From Kofleriaceae bacterium (GTDB lineage: Bacteria; Myxococcota_A; Polyangia; Haliangiales; Haliangiaceae): 64,000 nt of DNA. The DNA lies in contig CBDCCZ010000010.1 in assembly GCA_965215005.1 (NCBI GenBank), positions 96,001 through 160,000 on the forward strand. The letters run 5' to 3'. A program made the position numbers and the translations under genes. Shown here piece after piece: positions 29,254 through 42,123 of this stretch. The notes under the pieces are model-generated. The model did not search any database. It had not been told where the DNA came from and saw only the letters and a program-made list of their open reading frames with translations. Position 1 is the first letter of the stretch, and every line of letters starts with the position of its first letter.

Positions 29254-29904
29254 GTGGACCACGCCATGATTCGAGTCGCCATCGCTGACGATCACGCCCT
29301 AGTGCGCGAGGGTCTTCGCCGCATGTTGACCGCCACCGGTGCCATCGAGGTGGTTGGCGAAGCCAAGAACGGGTGCGACGCCATCGATATCGTCCAGGAC
29401 GCGCTCCCCGACGTCTTGATCCTCGATGTGTCCATGCCGGAGAAGGACGGCATCGAGACCGCGGCGGAGGTCGCCGGCTTGGGCTCGCGGACGCGAATCC
29501 TGATGTTATCGATGCACTCCGACGAGCAGTACGCCTTGCGCACGCTGCGTGCTGGCGCGAGCGGGTTCATCGGCAAAGAGGCGCGCCTCGAAGAGCTGGT
29601 CACCGCCATCCGCACGGTCGCGGAAGGCAAGCGCTACCTCCCCGCGCACATCGAGCAAGCGTTCGCCGACAAATACCTAAGTCCCGACGTCAAGCAATCG
29701 CCGGCGGAGGTCCTCTCCAAGCGCGAGTTTCAAGTCATGAACTATCTCGCGACCGGCATGACCAACCGCGAGATCGCCGAGCTCCTCGGCATCAGCGTCA
29801 AGACCGTCGACACGCACCGCGGCCACGTCCTCAAGAAGCTCAAGCTGCGCAACAACTCCGACATCACACGGTTTGCCATCCAGCACGGCTACGTGCAGTG
29901 CTGA
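29254..29904 (+). CDS. NarL/LuxR-family response regulator
   Basis: IADDH, LDVSMP, LSKREFQV...ISVKTVDTHR. Confidence 0.95.
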   Translation: MDHAMIRVAIADDHALVREGLRRMLTATGAIEVVGEAKNGCDAIDIVQDALPDVLILDVSMPEKDGIETAAEVAGLGSRTRILMLSMHSDEQYALRTLRAGASGFIGKEARLEELVTAIRTVAEGKRYLPAHIEQAFADKYLSPDVKQSPAEVLSKREFQVMNYLATGMTNREIAELLGISVKTVDTHRGHVLKKLKLRNNSDITRFAIQHGYVQC

Positions 29905-29913
29905 ACGCGTGCG

Positions 29914-30612
29914 TTAGTGAGGGTCGAGCAGGCCGAGCTTGCGCAGGTGGCGGGAGGCTTCGCGGTAGCTGAGCGGCGCGAGCTCGTCGCGTAGGGCGGA
30001 CAAGAACTCGGCCACGGCGTCGGGGTCAACGTGCGAGTACTGGCGCAAGGCCCAGCCGATGGCTTTGCGAAGGAATGGGTCGGTTTCGAAGGCGCGGGTC
30101 ATGCAGTAGCGAAACAAGCGGTCTGCATCGGTGCTCGAGCCGGCACGCACTTGCGCGATGATGGCAGCGCGGCGCATCCAAAGGTTGTCGTGGTCGATCC
30201 AGGTATCGACCACGCTCCAGCCGGGTTGGGGGTGCTCGAGCACGACGGTGCCTACTAAGTGGATGGCCACCGGATCGACGAGGTCCCACCATTGGCCCTC
30301 GCGAATCATGCGCTCGTAAAGCAGCAGCTGCGCGGGCACGATGTGCTCCGGGTAGCGATCGGCCACGGCGACGGCGAGATACTTTTCTTCCCGGTACTCG
30401 CCCTCCCATAGCTCGGTCACGACCTCGACGTACTCGCGCCGTTCGAGCACTGGAAAGCGCCGCCGCAGCTCATCGACGATGCGCTTGCGCGCCGGCGCCG
30501 CTACCCCGTGGAAGGGCATGTCGGTCTTCATGTACGCCTGCATGGAGGCGACGTTGGCGGGCTCCGCGAGCTCGCGTAGACGCTGCATCGCAATGTCGAC
30601 CATGATGCTCAT
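29914..30612 (-). CDS. DNA alkylation repair protein (AlkD-like)
   Basis: MQAYMK, REEKY, WWDLVD, WMRRAAI, RKAIGWALR. Confidence 0.9.
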   Translation of the reverse strand: MSIMVDIAMQRLRELAEPANVASMQAYMKTDMPFHGVAAPARKRIVDELRRRFPVLERREYVEVVTELWEGEYREEKYLAVAVADRYPEHIVPAQLLLYERMIREGQWWDLVDPVAIHLVGTVVLEHPQPGWSVVDTWIDHDNLWMRRAAIIAQVRAGSSTDADRLFRYCMTRAFETDPFLRKAIGWALRQYSHVDPDAVAEFLSALRDELAPLSYREASRHLRKLGLLDPH

Positions 30613-30701
30613 GCGAGCGTACTCGCGCTGCGCATGATCGTTTCCACGACGGACATGCCAGCTTGCATACCACGGCTACGCAGCCGCAATGGCGCTGCCG
30701 C

Positions 30702-33700
30702 TCAGAGCAGCCGATGCAGGATGGCGCCCTCGACGCGCGCTAGCGCTGCCCGCGCGTGCCGCTCGTGCTCTGCCTGCGCTGCTCCCTTCGACAGCAGCGC
30801 AAGCTCGAGCTCCGCGTGCGCTCGCTCAAGGGGCATGTCGAGAGCGCTGGCGATCGCTGCAGCACGAGACGCGGCGAGGTGCGCGCGGCGGCGATGGCCC
30901 TGGATGCGAAGCAGGCGCGCGCTCAGGTGCAGCGCTGCGGGGCGTGCGATGGGAAACGTGAACGCATAGCGACGCGCGTTGCGACACGCGCGCTTCGCTA
31001 GCGCGGCAAGCTCTGCGCTGGGGTGGCGTTGATGCTCGAGCAGCTCGAGATAGGCCTCGGCGCAGCCGATGAAGCCTTCGGCCGCGGTGAACACAGCCGG
31101 CATGCGCGAGCCGATGAGCTGCATCGCTTGGTCGGCGGTGTGCCGTGCGTGCGCCCAATCGCGGCGTCGGGCGTGGACCTGCGCCAATAGCCCAGTGCAG
31201 ATGATCTGCGAGGCGTGGTCGACTTGATCGGCGAGCAACCGACGGGCGTCGAACAGCAGCAGAGCCGCGGTGTCGAGCTCGCCGAGCGGGATCGAGGCCC
31301 GCGCAACGGTGTAGAGCCCCCACGCCTCGTGCTGGCGGTTGTGTCGCTGGCGCGCCGACTCGAGCAAATCGCTGCAGCGCAGCCGCGAGCTGGTCAAACG
31401 ACCGCCAGCGTAGTCGGCGTGAGCACAGATGGTGAGCGCGTCCTCCCGATCTTGCGGGCTCCGCACCTTGGTGGCGATTTTCAAGCCGGCCGTAGCGCCC
31501 GCCAGCGCTGCCGGCAAATCACCGGCTCCCAGACGCCAAGCGGCTTCGCTGAGCAAGGTCTTGATCATGCCGATCGGATCGCGCGTGGCATCGGCGATAT
31601 GCCGTGCGTGGCGAAAATAGCCGCGCGCCGCGCGTGGCAGTCGCGCCAAGCCGGTGACGTAGCCGAGCTGTGCGTACGCTTCAGCGACGGGCACGCGACT
31701 GCCGGCGCGCTCGGCCAAGTTGACGCTCATGAGGTTGGTGCTCATCATTGCCAGCGCGTCATCGGCAAAGAAGAACCGCGAGGTCATGCGCGCCGCCGCC
31801 AGCGCCGCCTGCGTGAGCCGCTCGCGTTCTAGCGTTTGCACCGGCGGTAGCGGCGGCCGCAGCCGATGCGAAAGTTGCAGCGCCGCGCCACCTGCCAACC
31901 GCGCGCGCCAGCCGTGGATGGTTTGCGGAAGCGATTCGCCGAGGTGGCCGAGCGCGGCCCGCAGGTGGCGCTCGCTGGTGGCTAGGTCGCCAAGCCCAAA
32001 GTAGGCCTCGCCGAGTTGCCGCTCCCAGCGTGCGCGCCGCGCAGCCGGTGCATCGGCACCTCGCACGAGCACGCGGCGATAGAAGCTGGCCGCCTCGGCG
32101 TGAGCAGCACCGGCGAGCGCATGATCGGCGGCGGCTTCGAGCGCTTGCACTGCCTCACTGCTCACGCCGGCCTCCTCCCAGTGATGAGCAAGCGCGCCAT
32201 ACACCAGAGGCAAGTCGGCACGGTCTTTGGCCGCGGCTTCGATGGCACGCGCCGCGTGGCGATGACGCTCCCGACGCTGTTGCAGCGTAAGCGCCCGATA
32301 CGCGCCCTCGCGCAGCATGTCGTGCTCGAATCGCAGCCGTCCCGGCTGGTTTTCTGCGACCACGTAGCGGGCCATGAGCTCGCCCAGTGCCGCGAGCGCG
32401 CCCGCCTCACGGCCTTCTCTGGCGCCACCGGATGCGGCGTTCTCCGCTGGCGTTTCGCCGTCGCGAGCTTGCTCTGGCTTGCCATGGAACGGCGCGAGCG
32501 CCTCGTCCATCGCCAGCAGCGTCTGCACCTCGCACTCGCGGCCGAGGACGGCGGCGTTGGCCAAGAGCCGCTGCGCCGCCGGCGAGAGCGCCGCCAGTCG
32601 CCGGTGCACGAGCTCGTGCACCGAGCGCGGCGCGCTCAGTGCCTTCCAATCCTCATCACTGGCGGCAAGCTGCCAGCGACCGTCGCGATCGCGGCGCACC
32701 AAACCCACGTCCACGGCAGCCCGGGTGTATTCGGCAACGAAGAACGGAATGCCCTCGGCGCGCTCGCAGAAGCTATCGACGAGCGACGATGGAGCACTGG
32801 GCAGTGCGAGCATGTCGCGCACGATGGCGCGAGCGGCCTCGGCGTCGACTCGGTCCAGGACCAGCGGCGAGACCTCGAAGGTCTGCAGCATCGCGGCGAT
32901 GGCATCGGCTTCTTCGAGGCGATAGCCGAGCACCAGCAACACGCCGGCGCTGCGCAAGAAGTCGCGCGAGAGGCTCGCGAGGAACGCCAAGGTCAGCTCG
33001 TCGGCCCACTGCAGATCATCGAGCACCAGGAGCATCGGCTGGGCATGCGCGAAGGCCACCAGCGTCTCGCGCAGATACGCGAGCACCCGATAGCGCGCCG
33101 CACTCGCTGGAAGCGCGGCGTTTTCGGTTTCATGGCCGCCGGAGCTCAGCGGCGCGAGTGCCGGCTCATACAGGCCCAGCACCGCAGCACGTCGTCCCAA
33201 CAGGGCAGCGGTCTCCTCGGCGCCGAGCTCGGCACAGCGATCTGCCACGGCCTGCAGGAGCGGCCGCAACGGGTGAAGCGGAGAGCCACGGATCTCGCCG
33301 CCCGGCACCACGGATTTGCACTCGCCGGTGACGATGCTGAGGCCGCGAGCCTGAGCGCGATTGGCAACTTCGGTCAACAAACGCGTCTTACCCACGCCGC
33401 TTTCGCCCGCGAGCAGCACCACGCCGCCCTCACCGTGCTCGAGCCGCGCCACGTGCTCATCAAATTCGGCAAGCCAGCCGCCGCGCCCGCTCAGCGCGGG
33501 CCGATAAGTGTAGGGCATCGGCGGCGACGACTCGGTGGCCCATGGGCTGGCGCCGAGATCTTCGAGGCGCCGGCCGACGGCATCGAGATAGCCAATGCGC
33601 TCGCGCGGGCTCTTGGCGAGCATCGACAGGACGAGCGCGTCGAGGTCTGCATCGAGGTCATCGGCATACCGCGACGGCGGCACCGGCGACTCGTGAAGGT

Positions 33701-34457
33701 GGCTATAGAGAACCGCCGAGCGATCCTCGGCGGCAAACGGCGGGCGCCCGGTGAGACCTTCGTAGAGAATGCAGCCAAGCGCATAGATATCGGCGCGTGC
33801 ATCGACCAGCTCGGCGCGAATTTGTTCCGGTGCCATGTAGTGGCAGGTGCCCATCGCCGGCCCCGATACCTGCAAGATGTCGCGACCGCGAGCGCCACGA
33901 AAATGTGCCGCGAGCCCGAAGTCGAACAGAACCGGAGACGCATCGGCGCCGACGAAGATGTTCGCTGGGCTCAGATCGCGGTGCACGAACCCTTGCCCGT
34001 GCAGATACGCCAGCGGCGCGCACAGCCGACAAATGATGGTGAGCAGCGCAAGTCGCTGGCTCGCTGGTGCGGCAGCTGGCGCGCTCGCCACGAAGGAACG
34101 AACGCGCGCCCGTCGCGGGTGCAGATCCACGGTGAGCACACCGTGATGCGACGCCGCTGCAAACCACGTGAGAAACAGCTCGCGCAAAGTCTCCCCCGCG
34201 AGCAGCTCCATCGCATACCAAGGGCGATTTTCCACCGTCCCTTGCCCGAGGATGCGCACCACCCCCGGGTGGCGCACCCGCCGCAGCGTCTCGATCTCGC
34301 GGCGTATCGAGGCCATCGCGGTCTGCGCCGGTGCGCGCACGGTCTTGAGCGCGGCGACACCCCCGGTTTGCAGATCTTGCACCCGATAGACCACGCCCAT
34401 GCCGCCGCTGCCGAGCACGCCTTGAACGCGATAGTCGCCGATGCGTTGGCCGATCAC
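30702..34457 (-). CDS. Ser/Thr kinase - AAA/STAND-type ATPase - TPR protein
   Basis: GSGGMGVVY, HRDLSPAN, DFG; Walker A GESGVGKT; Walker B LVLDDLQWAD; GIPFFVAE; helical repeats. Confidence 0.9.
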   Translation of the reverse strand: MIGQRIGDYRVQGVLGSGGMGVVYRVQDLQTGGVAALKTVRAPAQTAMASIRREIETLRRVRHPGVVRILGQGTVENRPWYAMELLAGETLRELFLTWFAAASHHGVLTVDLHPRRARVRSFVASAPAAAPASQRLALLTIICRLCAPLAYLHGQGFVHRDLSPANIFVGADASPVLFDFGLAAHFRGARGRDILQVSGPAMGTCHYMAPEQIRAELVDARADIYALGCILYEGLTGRPPFAAEDRSAVLYSHLHESPVPPSRYADDLDADLDALVLSMLAKSPRERIGYLDAVGRRLEDLGASPWATESSPPMPYTYRPALSGRGGWLAEFDEHVARLEHGEGGVVLLAGESGVGKTRLLTEVANRAQARGLSIVTGECKSVVPGGEIRGSPLHPLRPLLQAVADRCAELGAEETAALLGRRAAVLGLYEPALAPLSSGGHETENAALPASAARYRVLAYLRETLVAFAHAQPMLLVLDDLQWADELTLAFLASLSRDFLRSAGVLLVLGYRLEEADAIAAMLQTFEVSPLVLDRVDAEAARAIVRDMLALPSAPSSLVDSFCERAEGIPFFVAEYTRAAVDVGLVRRDRDGRWQLAASDEDWKALSAPRSVHELVHRRLAALSPAAQRLLANAAVLGRECEVQTLLAMDEALAPFHGKPEQARDGETPAENAASGGAREGREAGALAALGELMARYVVAENQPGRLRFEHDMLREGAYRALTLQQRRERHRHAARAIEAAAKDRADLPLVYGALAHHWEEAGVSSEAVQALEAAADHALAGAAHAEAASFYRRVLVRGADAPAARRARWERQLGEAYFGLGDLATSERHLRAALGHLGESLPQTIHGWRARLAGGAALQLSHRLRPPLPPVQTLERERLTQAALAAARMTSRFFFADDALAMMSTNLMSVNLAERAGSRVPVAEAYAQLGYVTGLARLPRAARGYFRHARHIADATRDPIGMIKTLLSEAAWRLGAGDLPAALAGATAGLKIATKVRSPQDREDALTICAHADYAGGRLTSSRLRCSDLLESARQRHNRQHEAWGLYTVARASIPLGELDTAALLLFDARRLLADQVDHASQIICTGLLAQVHARRRDWAHARHTADQAMQLIGSRMPAVFTAAEGFIGCAEAYLELLEHQRHPSAELAALAKRACRNARRYAFTFPIARPAALHLSARLLRIQGHRRRAHLAASRAAAIASALDMPLERAHAELELALLSKGAAQAEHERHARAALARVEGAILHRLL

Positions 34458-34467
34458 GGCAGCCCTC

Positions 34468-35445
34468 TCACCCGCGCTCGGCGATGACGCGCCCGTTGTC
34501 CATCACGAAGTCGATGGCGGTCCAAAATCCCAGCGGTGACGACACGGCAGCGCTGCCGAGCCCGAGATCACCGGCGATGGGATGGCTGTCGGCGGCGGTG
34601 ATGACGACCTCGTGAGCCGACAAGAAGCCGCCGCCGTGGAACCCGGTGAGCCGCGCCGGCGCTTCGATGACGGCTTGGTAACAGGCCCGACTGCCATCGC
34701 CAGCGTCGCGCAGCTGCTTTAGGAACACCATCGGGACCTCTCCGGTTTGCAGCTCGCGCCACAACGAACGCACCAGGTCCCACGAAAATCCGGCCAGCTC
34801 GCGGCGGTCGCCTAGCCACTGCTCGACCGCGGTGAGTAGCGTCTCAAAGCCGTTCCCGCTCCATCGCGCCTCGCGCGTGAGCCCGCCGGTTGGCGTAGCG
34901 GTCACGAGGCGACTCACCTCACCCTCCGACTGCGGAGCGAACTGGCGGATGAAAAGCGTATCGACCGTGAAGTCGCCCTGCCCCGCCTCAGCAGGCATTG
35001 CCAGGGTGGCGGTCTGTTTGTGAAAGCCCCAGACATCTCGGCCAGTGGCCATTGCCGCGACATTATCGACGAACACGTACGGCAGGTACCAGACCAGCTG
35101 CTCGGGTACGAACCCGCCGTTGCGACGGCGTCCGCGCACCAGCGGCACCCAAAAGCCGAAATCGCGCTCGCGCATCCAGCCTTTGTCGCGCCCGGGGAGA
35201 TTCTGCGAGAATGATTTGGCGATATCCGCGCAAACCATGCAGACCATCGGCATGAGCGGACGATATTCGACGTCGTCACCGAGGACCGGGCCGAGCTGGC
35301 CGGCCACTAGCGCTGCCAAAGCACGCGGATCGGCCTCGAGCAGCAGCGAATACATGGTGGCGCTCTCGAGCACCACGGGCTGACACATGACGATGGCTCC
35401 GCCGACCTCTATATAGGCCGGTAGCTCCGCCAAGGGGCGGCTCAT
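34468..35445 (-). CDS. Acetoacetate decarboxylase-like fold protein
   Basis: YVFVDNVAAMATGRDVWGFHK (Lys motif of the ADC-like family), FLKQLRD, CYQAVIEA. Confidence 0.7.
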   Translation of the reverse strand: MSRPLAELPAYIEVGGAIVMCQPVVLESATMYSLLLEADPRALAALVAGQLGPVLGDDVEYRPLMPMVCMVCADIAKSFSQNLPGRDKGWMRERDFGFWVPLVRGRRRNGGFVPEQLVWYLPYVFVDNVAAMATGRDVWGFHKQTATLAMPAEAGQGDFTVDTLFIRQFAPQSEGEVSRLVTATPTGGLTREARWSGNGFETLLTAVEQWLGDRRELAGFSWDLVRSLWRELQTGEVPMVFLKQLRDAGDGSRACYQAVIEAPARLTGFHGGGFLSAHEVVITAADSHPIAGDLGLGSAAVSSPLGFWTAIDFVMDNGRVIAERG

Positions 35446-37442
35446 CGCTCACCTCCATCGCGGGTAGCATCGCCGACGATGTGCACGGGGCGTCCGCAGA
35501 TGGCCCGTGAGGCGTGCATGCCGCCCATCGCAGCTGCCTCGACGCACCCGACGTTCATGCCGGTGCGCAGATAGTCGCCTGCCATGTAGAGGTTCGCAAA
35601 ACAGGTGCCGTGACTGGCGAGTCGATAGCCGACGCTACCCGGCAGCGACAGGACGTAGCGATCGCTCGGGTTGTAGGTCGCAACCCAGTACTGGGTGTCG
35701 AGTCGAGCAGCACCGGCAGCATCGGAGCTTGGCGCTGCCAACACCGACCAGTCGAGACCGTGCACATCGCCACGACGCGCTGCCTCGGGCCAAAGCGGCT
35801 GGATCTCACAATCGAGCCAAGCTTGGGCCAGTACCCGCACCCGCGCCTTCTGCCGCGCGGCATAGCCGTGATCGCTTTGCGGCGGCACCGGCTCATCGTC
35901 GGCGAGCGCGGCGCACAGATACGCGATGCTGCCCGGCTCAGAACCCACGGGCCACGCTTCCCGCGGCACCAGATGGGTCATGTCGGCCCAGGTGTTGAGC
36001 GGATCGGCGTAGGCATCGAGCACAGGGCTCGGCTCGGCCCAGCCCAGGCCGCGCAAGTCGCGCGTCATCCACAGCTGAACCGCCTGCGTCTGCGTGGTGC
36101 CGACGTGCTCGACCATGGCGGCAAGTGGCGCACTGATCGCCAGCAGCGACTTGCAGAGGTGCGGGAACGCGGCGATCGAGATGCCCAAGATGACGTCGTC
36201 GAAGTCGCGACCGCGCTCGAGCACCAGCGGCGGCCTCGAGTCCTTCCAGCTCGTCCACCAGTCTTCCAAATTGCCGCCTGCGGCGCGCAGCGCCTCGCCC
36301 TCGACGATGCGGTCATACAGCGGCTCGCTCGGCCAACACGGCAGTCCTTTGACGCCGATGAGCGGGTCATAGGTGCCGTCGACCGGCGTCACCTGGCGAC
36401 CAATCGTGATGCGCTCGACCGCGTCGCCTGCCGCCGAGGCGGTGAGCTCATCGACGCGATGGAAGAACTCGAACCGCACGCCGCGCCGCATGAGAACCTG
36501 ATAAAGCGGCGCGAAGATGGTATCGCCCATCCCGGCCTGCATCTTCCAGAACACCGCGCCCTTGTAGGTCCAAACCAGCCGTAAGATACCGTGCAGTGCG
36601 GTTCCAGCGCCGATCTGCCCCGGCCCGCTGAACCCCAAGTCGTACATGCCTTTGAGGTAGGCGGACTGCACCGACACCGGGTGCGCGCCATGCTCCGTCA
36701 ACCAAGCGCGAAAGTCGCTATCGTCGATGGACCACCAGTCGTGAGGTGGCCACACGATGCCATCTGCGATCATGCCGCGCATCGCCGCGACGGCGAGATC
36801 GACGGTGACGAAGTCGCGACGCAGGTCCATGTCGCTCTCGAGGCCCTCGGCGACGAGGCCGTGGAGCCACTGGTGCAGCTCTACGAGTGGCTCGTGGAGC
36901 GATGCATCGTGCATGTCGGTCTTGAGCCGGATTTCTGGCCACCTCACAGGATCACTGGGCAATGACTTCGAGCGCACGAACAGCTGCTCGAGCCAACCAA
37001 CGATCATCTCGATGAAGCTCCATGGCGAGGGTAGCTCGCCGCCGGAGCCCGGTTCTTGGCCGTTGCGCGGGAAGTTCATCGGCCACGGCACCCAGCGCTG
37101 TCCGACCCGCTCCATCAGCACGATGTAGTCGTGCGGCGCAAACGCCTGCCGCCACGACGCGAGCGGCTCGTCGGCCCCGCGACCGAGCTCGTCGTAGCAG
37201 CGCCGAAGGACGCTGAAGGCGTTCTCGTAAAACCCCATCAGGATGTGCAGTCCATGCTCTTCGATGCGCTCATAGCAGCGCGCATTGCGCCCGCTCGCCC
37301 CCTTGCCACCGAGTCGCCAGCCGAGCTGGTAGACGGTGATGTCGTAATGATCGCGCCAGTGCGGATCATCGGTTATTTCGAAGACCGCGGTCATTGCACC
37401 GACGCCTCCGCCCAACACGGCTATCTTCCTCCGCTCCCCCAT
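35442..37442 (-). CDS. FAD/NAD(P)-binding oxidoreductase (carotenoid desaturase/amine oxidase superfamily)
   Basis: GGGVGA, LGGKGASGR, IEEHGLH, AGDY...GCVEAA. Confidence 0.8.
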   Translation of the reverse strand: MGERRKIAVLGGGVGAMTAVFEITDDPHWRDHYDITVYQLGWRLGGKGASGRNARCYERIEEHGLHILMGFYENAFSVLRRCYDELGRGADEPLASWRQAFAPHDYIVLMERVGQRWVPWPMNFPRNGQEPGSGGELPSPWSFIEMIVGWLEQLFVRSKSLPSDPVRWPEIRLKTDMHDASLHEPLVELHQWLHGLVAEGLESDMDLRRDFVTVDLAVAAMRGMIADGIVWPPHDWWSIDDSDFRAWLTEHGAHPVSVQSAYLKGMYDLGFSGPGQIGAGTALHGILRLVWTYKGAVFWKMQAGMGDTIFAPLYQVLMRRGVRFEFFHRVDELTASAAGDAVERITIGRQVTPVDGTYDPLIGVKGLPCWPSEPLYDRIVEGEALRAAGGNLEDWWTSWKDSRPPLVLERGRDFDDVILGISIAAFPHLCKSLLAISAPLAAMVEHVGTTQTQAVQLWMTRDLRGLGWAEPSPVLDAYADPLNTWADMTHLVPREAWPVGSEPGSIAYLCAALADDEPVPPQSDHGYAARQKARVRVLAQAWLDCEIQPLWPEAARRGDVHGLDWSVLAAPSSDAAGAARLDTQYWVATYNPSDRYVLSLPGSVGYRLASHGTCFANLYMAGDYLRTGMNVGCVEAAAMGGMHASRAICGRPVHIVGDATRDGGER

Positions 37443-37505
37443 AGGGCGAGCATATCGCGCGCCGCGCCGCTTCTGCTTGCGCCGAGTTGGCGCTTTGCGA
37501 TCCGG

Positions 37506-39401
37506 CTACTCGAGGAGGCGAAACAGCTGCGACCAGTCCACGGGCTTGGTGAAGTGATGGTCAAAGCCGGCGGCGTGCGCCAGCGCCTTGTCCTCTTCAC
37601 GTCCAAATCCGGTGACGGCAACGATCATCGCGCTCTCGCCATGGTCGTCGCCGCGAAACTGGCGAGCGAGCTCGTACCCATCCATACCTGGTAGGCCAAT
37701 ATCGAGAAGCACGATCTCGGGATGGAAGTCGCTTGCGACCTCGATGGCGCGCAAGCCGTCGTGCGCCACCTCGACCTGATGACCGCGCGCCTGCAGCAGC
37801 TCGGCTGTGGCCCACGCGGCATCGGTATTGTCATCGACGACCAGCACTCGGCGACCCTCGCCGGTCGTAGGAGGCGGCTCGGTCGCGGCGAGCTCCGGCT
37901 CCGCACGCGGCAGCCGCAGAATCACCTCCGTGCCCGCATCCCGCCCCGCGCTGCGCACCTCGACCGATCCTCGATGCGCCTCGATCAGCGTTTTCACGAG
38001 ACATAGGCCGACGCCAAGCCCACCGCGAGCCCGCTCCGAGACGCCCTGTACGAACGCCTCGCAAACGTGCGGCAACAGCTCCGGCTCGATCCCGATGCCC
38101 TCATCACGCACGCAGATGATCGCGTCACCGCCGCGCGAGGTTGCCGCGACGTGTATGCGACCGCCGGCGGGCGTAAAGCTGAAGGCGTTGTCGAGGACAT
38201 TCACCAGCACCTGCTCGAGCCGCATCGCATCCGCGTCGATGGGAATCGCGGCGGCGCCGAGCTCGACGTGGACCTCGTGCTCACGGCCCGCGACCGAGAC
38301 CGACGCAAGGGCCGCCTCGATGACGCCGCGCAGGTCCAGTCGCCGGCACTCGAGCGGCACGCGGCCATGACGGATGCGCGCGACATCGAGCAGCTCATCG
38401 ACCAAACGCGACATGTGCCCGACTTGCCGGCGCAAGATCGCCCGACTGCGCGCTTCTGCGCCCGGCGCATCGAGAAGCTCGATGGCACCAGCGATGGCCG
38501 CCAGCGGATTGCGCAGCTCGTGGCCGAGCATCGCCAAGAACTCGTCCTTGCGCTGGTCGGCCTCGCTGAGCGCATCTTGTGCCGCGCGGCGAGCGGTGAC
38601 GTCGATCATGACGCCGATGTGGCGACGCGGCCGACCGCTCGGATCGTAGATGACGCGCGCATGCTCTTCGATGACGAGCCAGTGGCCGTCGCGGTGGCGC
38701 ACTCGATACTCGAGCGTGAAGTCTCGTTGCGCGGCGCTTGCCTGCTCGACCTCAAAAAGGCAATCGGCGAGATCATCGGGATGAATGCAACCGAGCCACC
38801 AATCACGGGTTCGGCGCTGCGCCGAATCCTCGCCGATGAGCCGCTCGAGACCATCGAGCGCGACCATTTCGCCGCCATCGAGATCGGTTTCGTAAATCAT
38901 CGCCCCGGCCGCGTCGATAGCGGTGCGAAAGCGGTGCTCGGTGGCGCGCAATGTACGCTCGGCGGCCTCGAGTCGGCGCTGATCATTGGTGAAGGTGGTG
39001 GTCCCTACCCAGCCAGCGACCTCGCCGCCAGCACCTAGTACGGGGGCCACGTGAAGTCGATGCCACAGAAAGCGACCGTCGCGCGCGCGGCGCAATCGAA
39101 CTTCGATGAGCATCGGCTTGCCCGAGCGGCGCGAGTCTTCCCATGCCCGGACCGCGCGGCGTTGATCCTCGGGATGGATGGCCGCAAGCCAGCCATCGGC
39201 AACCTGCTCGAGCACCGCCCCGAGATAGTCACGCGCGCGGCGGTTGAAGAACAGCGGCTTGCCGGCCGCATCCGTGGTCCACACCCAGTGCGGAATTCGA
39301 TCCGCGAGATCGCCGAGCGGCACGCCGAGCGCGGGACCGCCGGTTTCTGAGAAACGATGCTCGTGCGCCATGGGATCCGACGGCAGCGCCGCCTCCTCCA
39401 C
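37506..39401 (-). CDS. PAS/PAC hybrid sensor histidine kinase with receiver domain
   Basis: Two IHP(E/D)D PAS_3 modules, HELRNPL, DEGIG, GLGVGL, VVDDN...LDIGLP. Confidence 0.93.
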   Translation of the reverse strand: MEEAALPSDPMAHEHRFSETGGPALGVPLGDLADRIPHWVWTTDAAGKPLFFNRRARDYLGAVLEQVADGWLAAIHPEDQRRAVRAWEDSRRSGKPMLIEVRLRRARDGRFLWHRLHVAPVLGAGGEVAGWVGTTTFTNDQRRLEAAERTLRATEHRFRTAIDAAGAMIYETDLDGGEMVALDGLERLIGEDSAQRRTRDWWLGCIHPDDLADCLFEVEQASAAQRDFTLEYRVRHRDGHWLVIEEHARVIYDPSGRPRRHIGVMIDVTARRAAQDALSEADQRKDEFLAMLGHELRNPLAAIAGAIELLDAPGAEARSRAILRRQVGHMSRLVDELLDVARIRHGRVPLECRRLDLRGVIEAALASVSVAGREHEVHVELGAAAIPIDADAMRLEQVLVNVLDNAFSFTPAGGRIHVAATSRGGDAIICVRDEGIGIEPELLPHVCEAFVQGVSERARGGLGVGLCLVKTLIEAHRGSVEVRSAGRDAGTEVILRLPRAEPELAATEPPPTTGEGRRVLVVDDNTDAAWATAELLQARGHQVEVAHDGLRAIEVASDFHPEIVLLDIGLPGMDGYELARQFRGDDHGESAMIVAVTGFGREEDKALAHAAGFDHHFTKPVDWSQLFRLLE

Positions 39402-39517
39402 ATTGCCTCATCGGGCGCCGAGATCGCGAGCAACTTTGCAGTGCGATGGCGAGCGCCGTCGCGGCTTCGTGTCGCCCGCCGAACGACGCGCTGCGTCGGC
39501 AGCACCCGCAGCGACCG

Positions 39518-41905
<2,388 letters not shown>

Positions 41906-42123
41906 GGCTTCAGAGGAAGCCGCAAGGTAGCGAGCGCAGCGGCCGACAGCAAGGCCAGTGCGACGCCTCCCCAAGCAATTGTTGCTTTGCTAGTGTTTAC
42001 CGACCAACACCGCAAATCATTGGGCAGTGATAGGGCCCGCCTTCGCCGCCGAAAACGCCACGAGCGGCACCGGGGCCGCTCGTGGAGGCGAGAGAAACCT
42101 CGCAAACTCGCTGCGCGTCGTCG

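Noticed and set aside
32016..34487. 823-aa plus-strand ORF and similar long Arg/Ala-rich alternative-frame ORFs throughout
   Set aside because: Antisense or off-frame shadows expected in high-GC DNA; the opposite strand carries clear family motifs.
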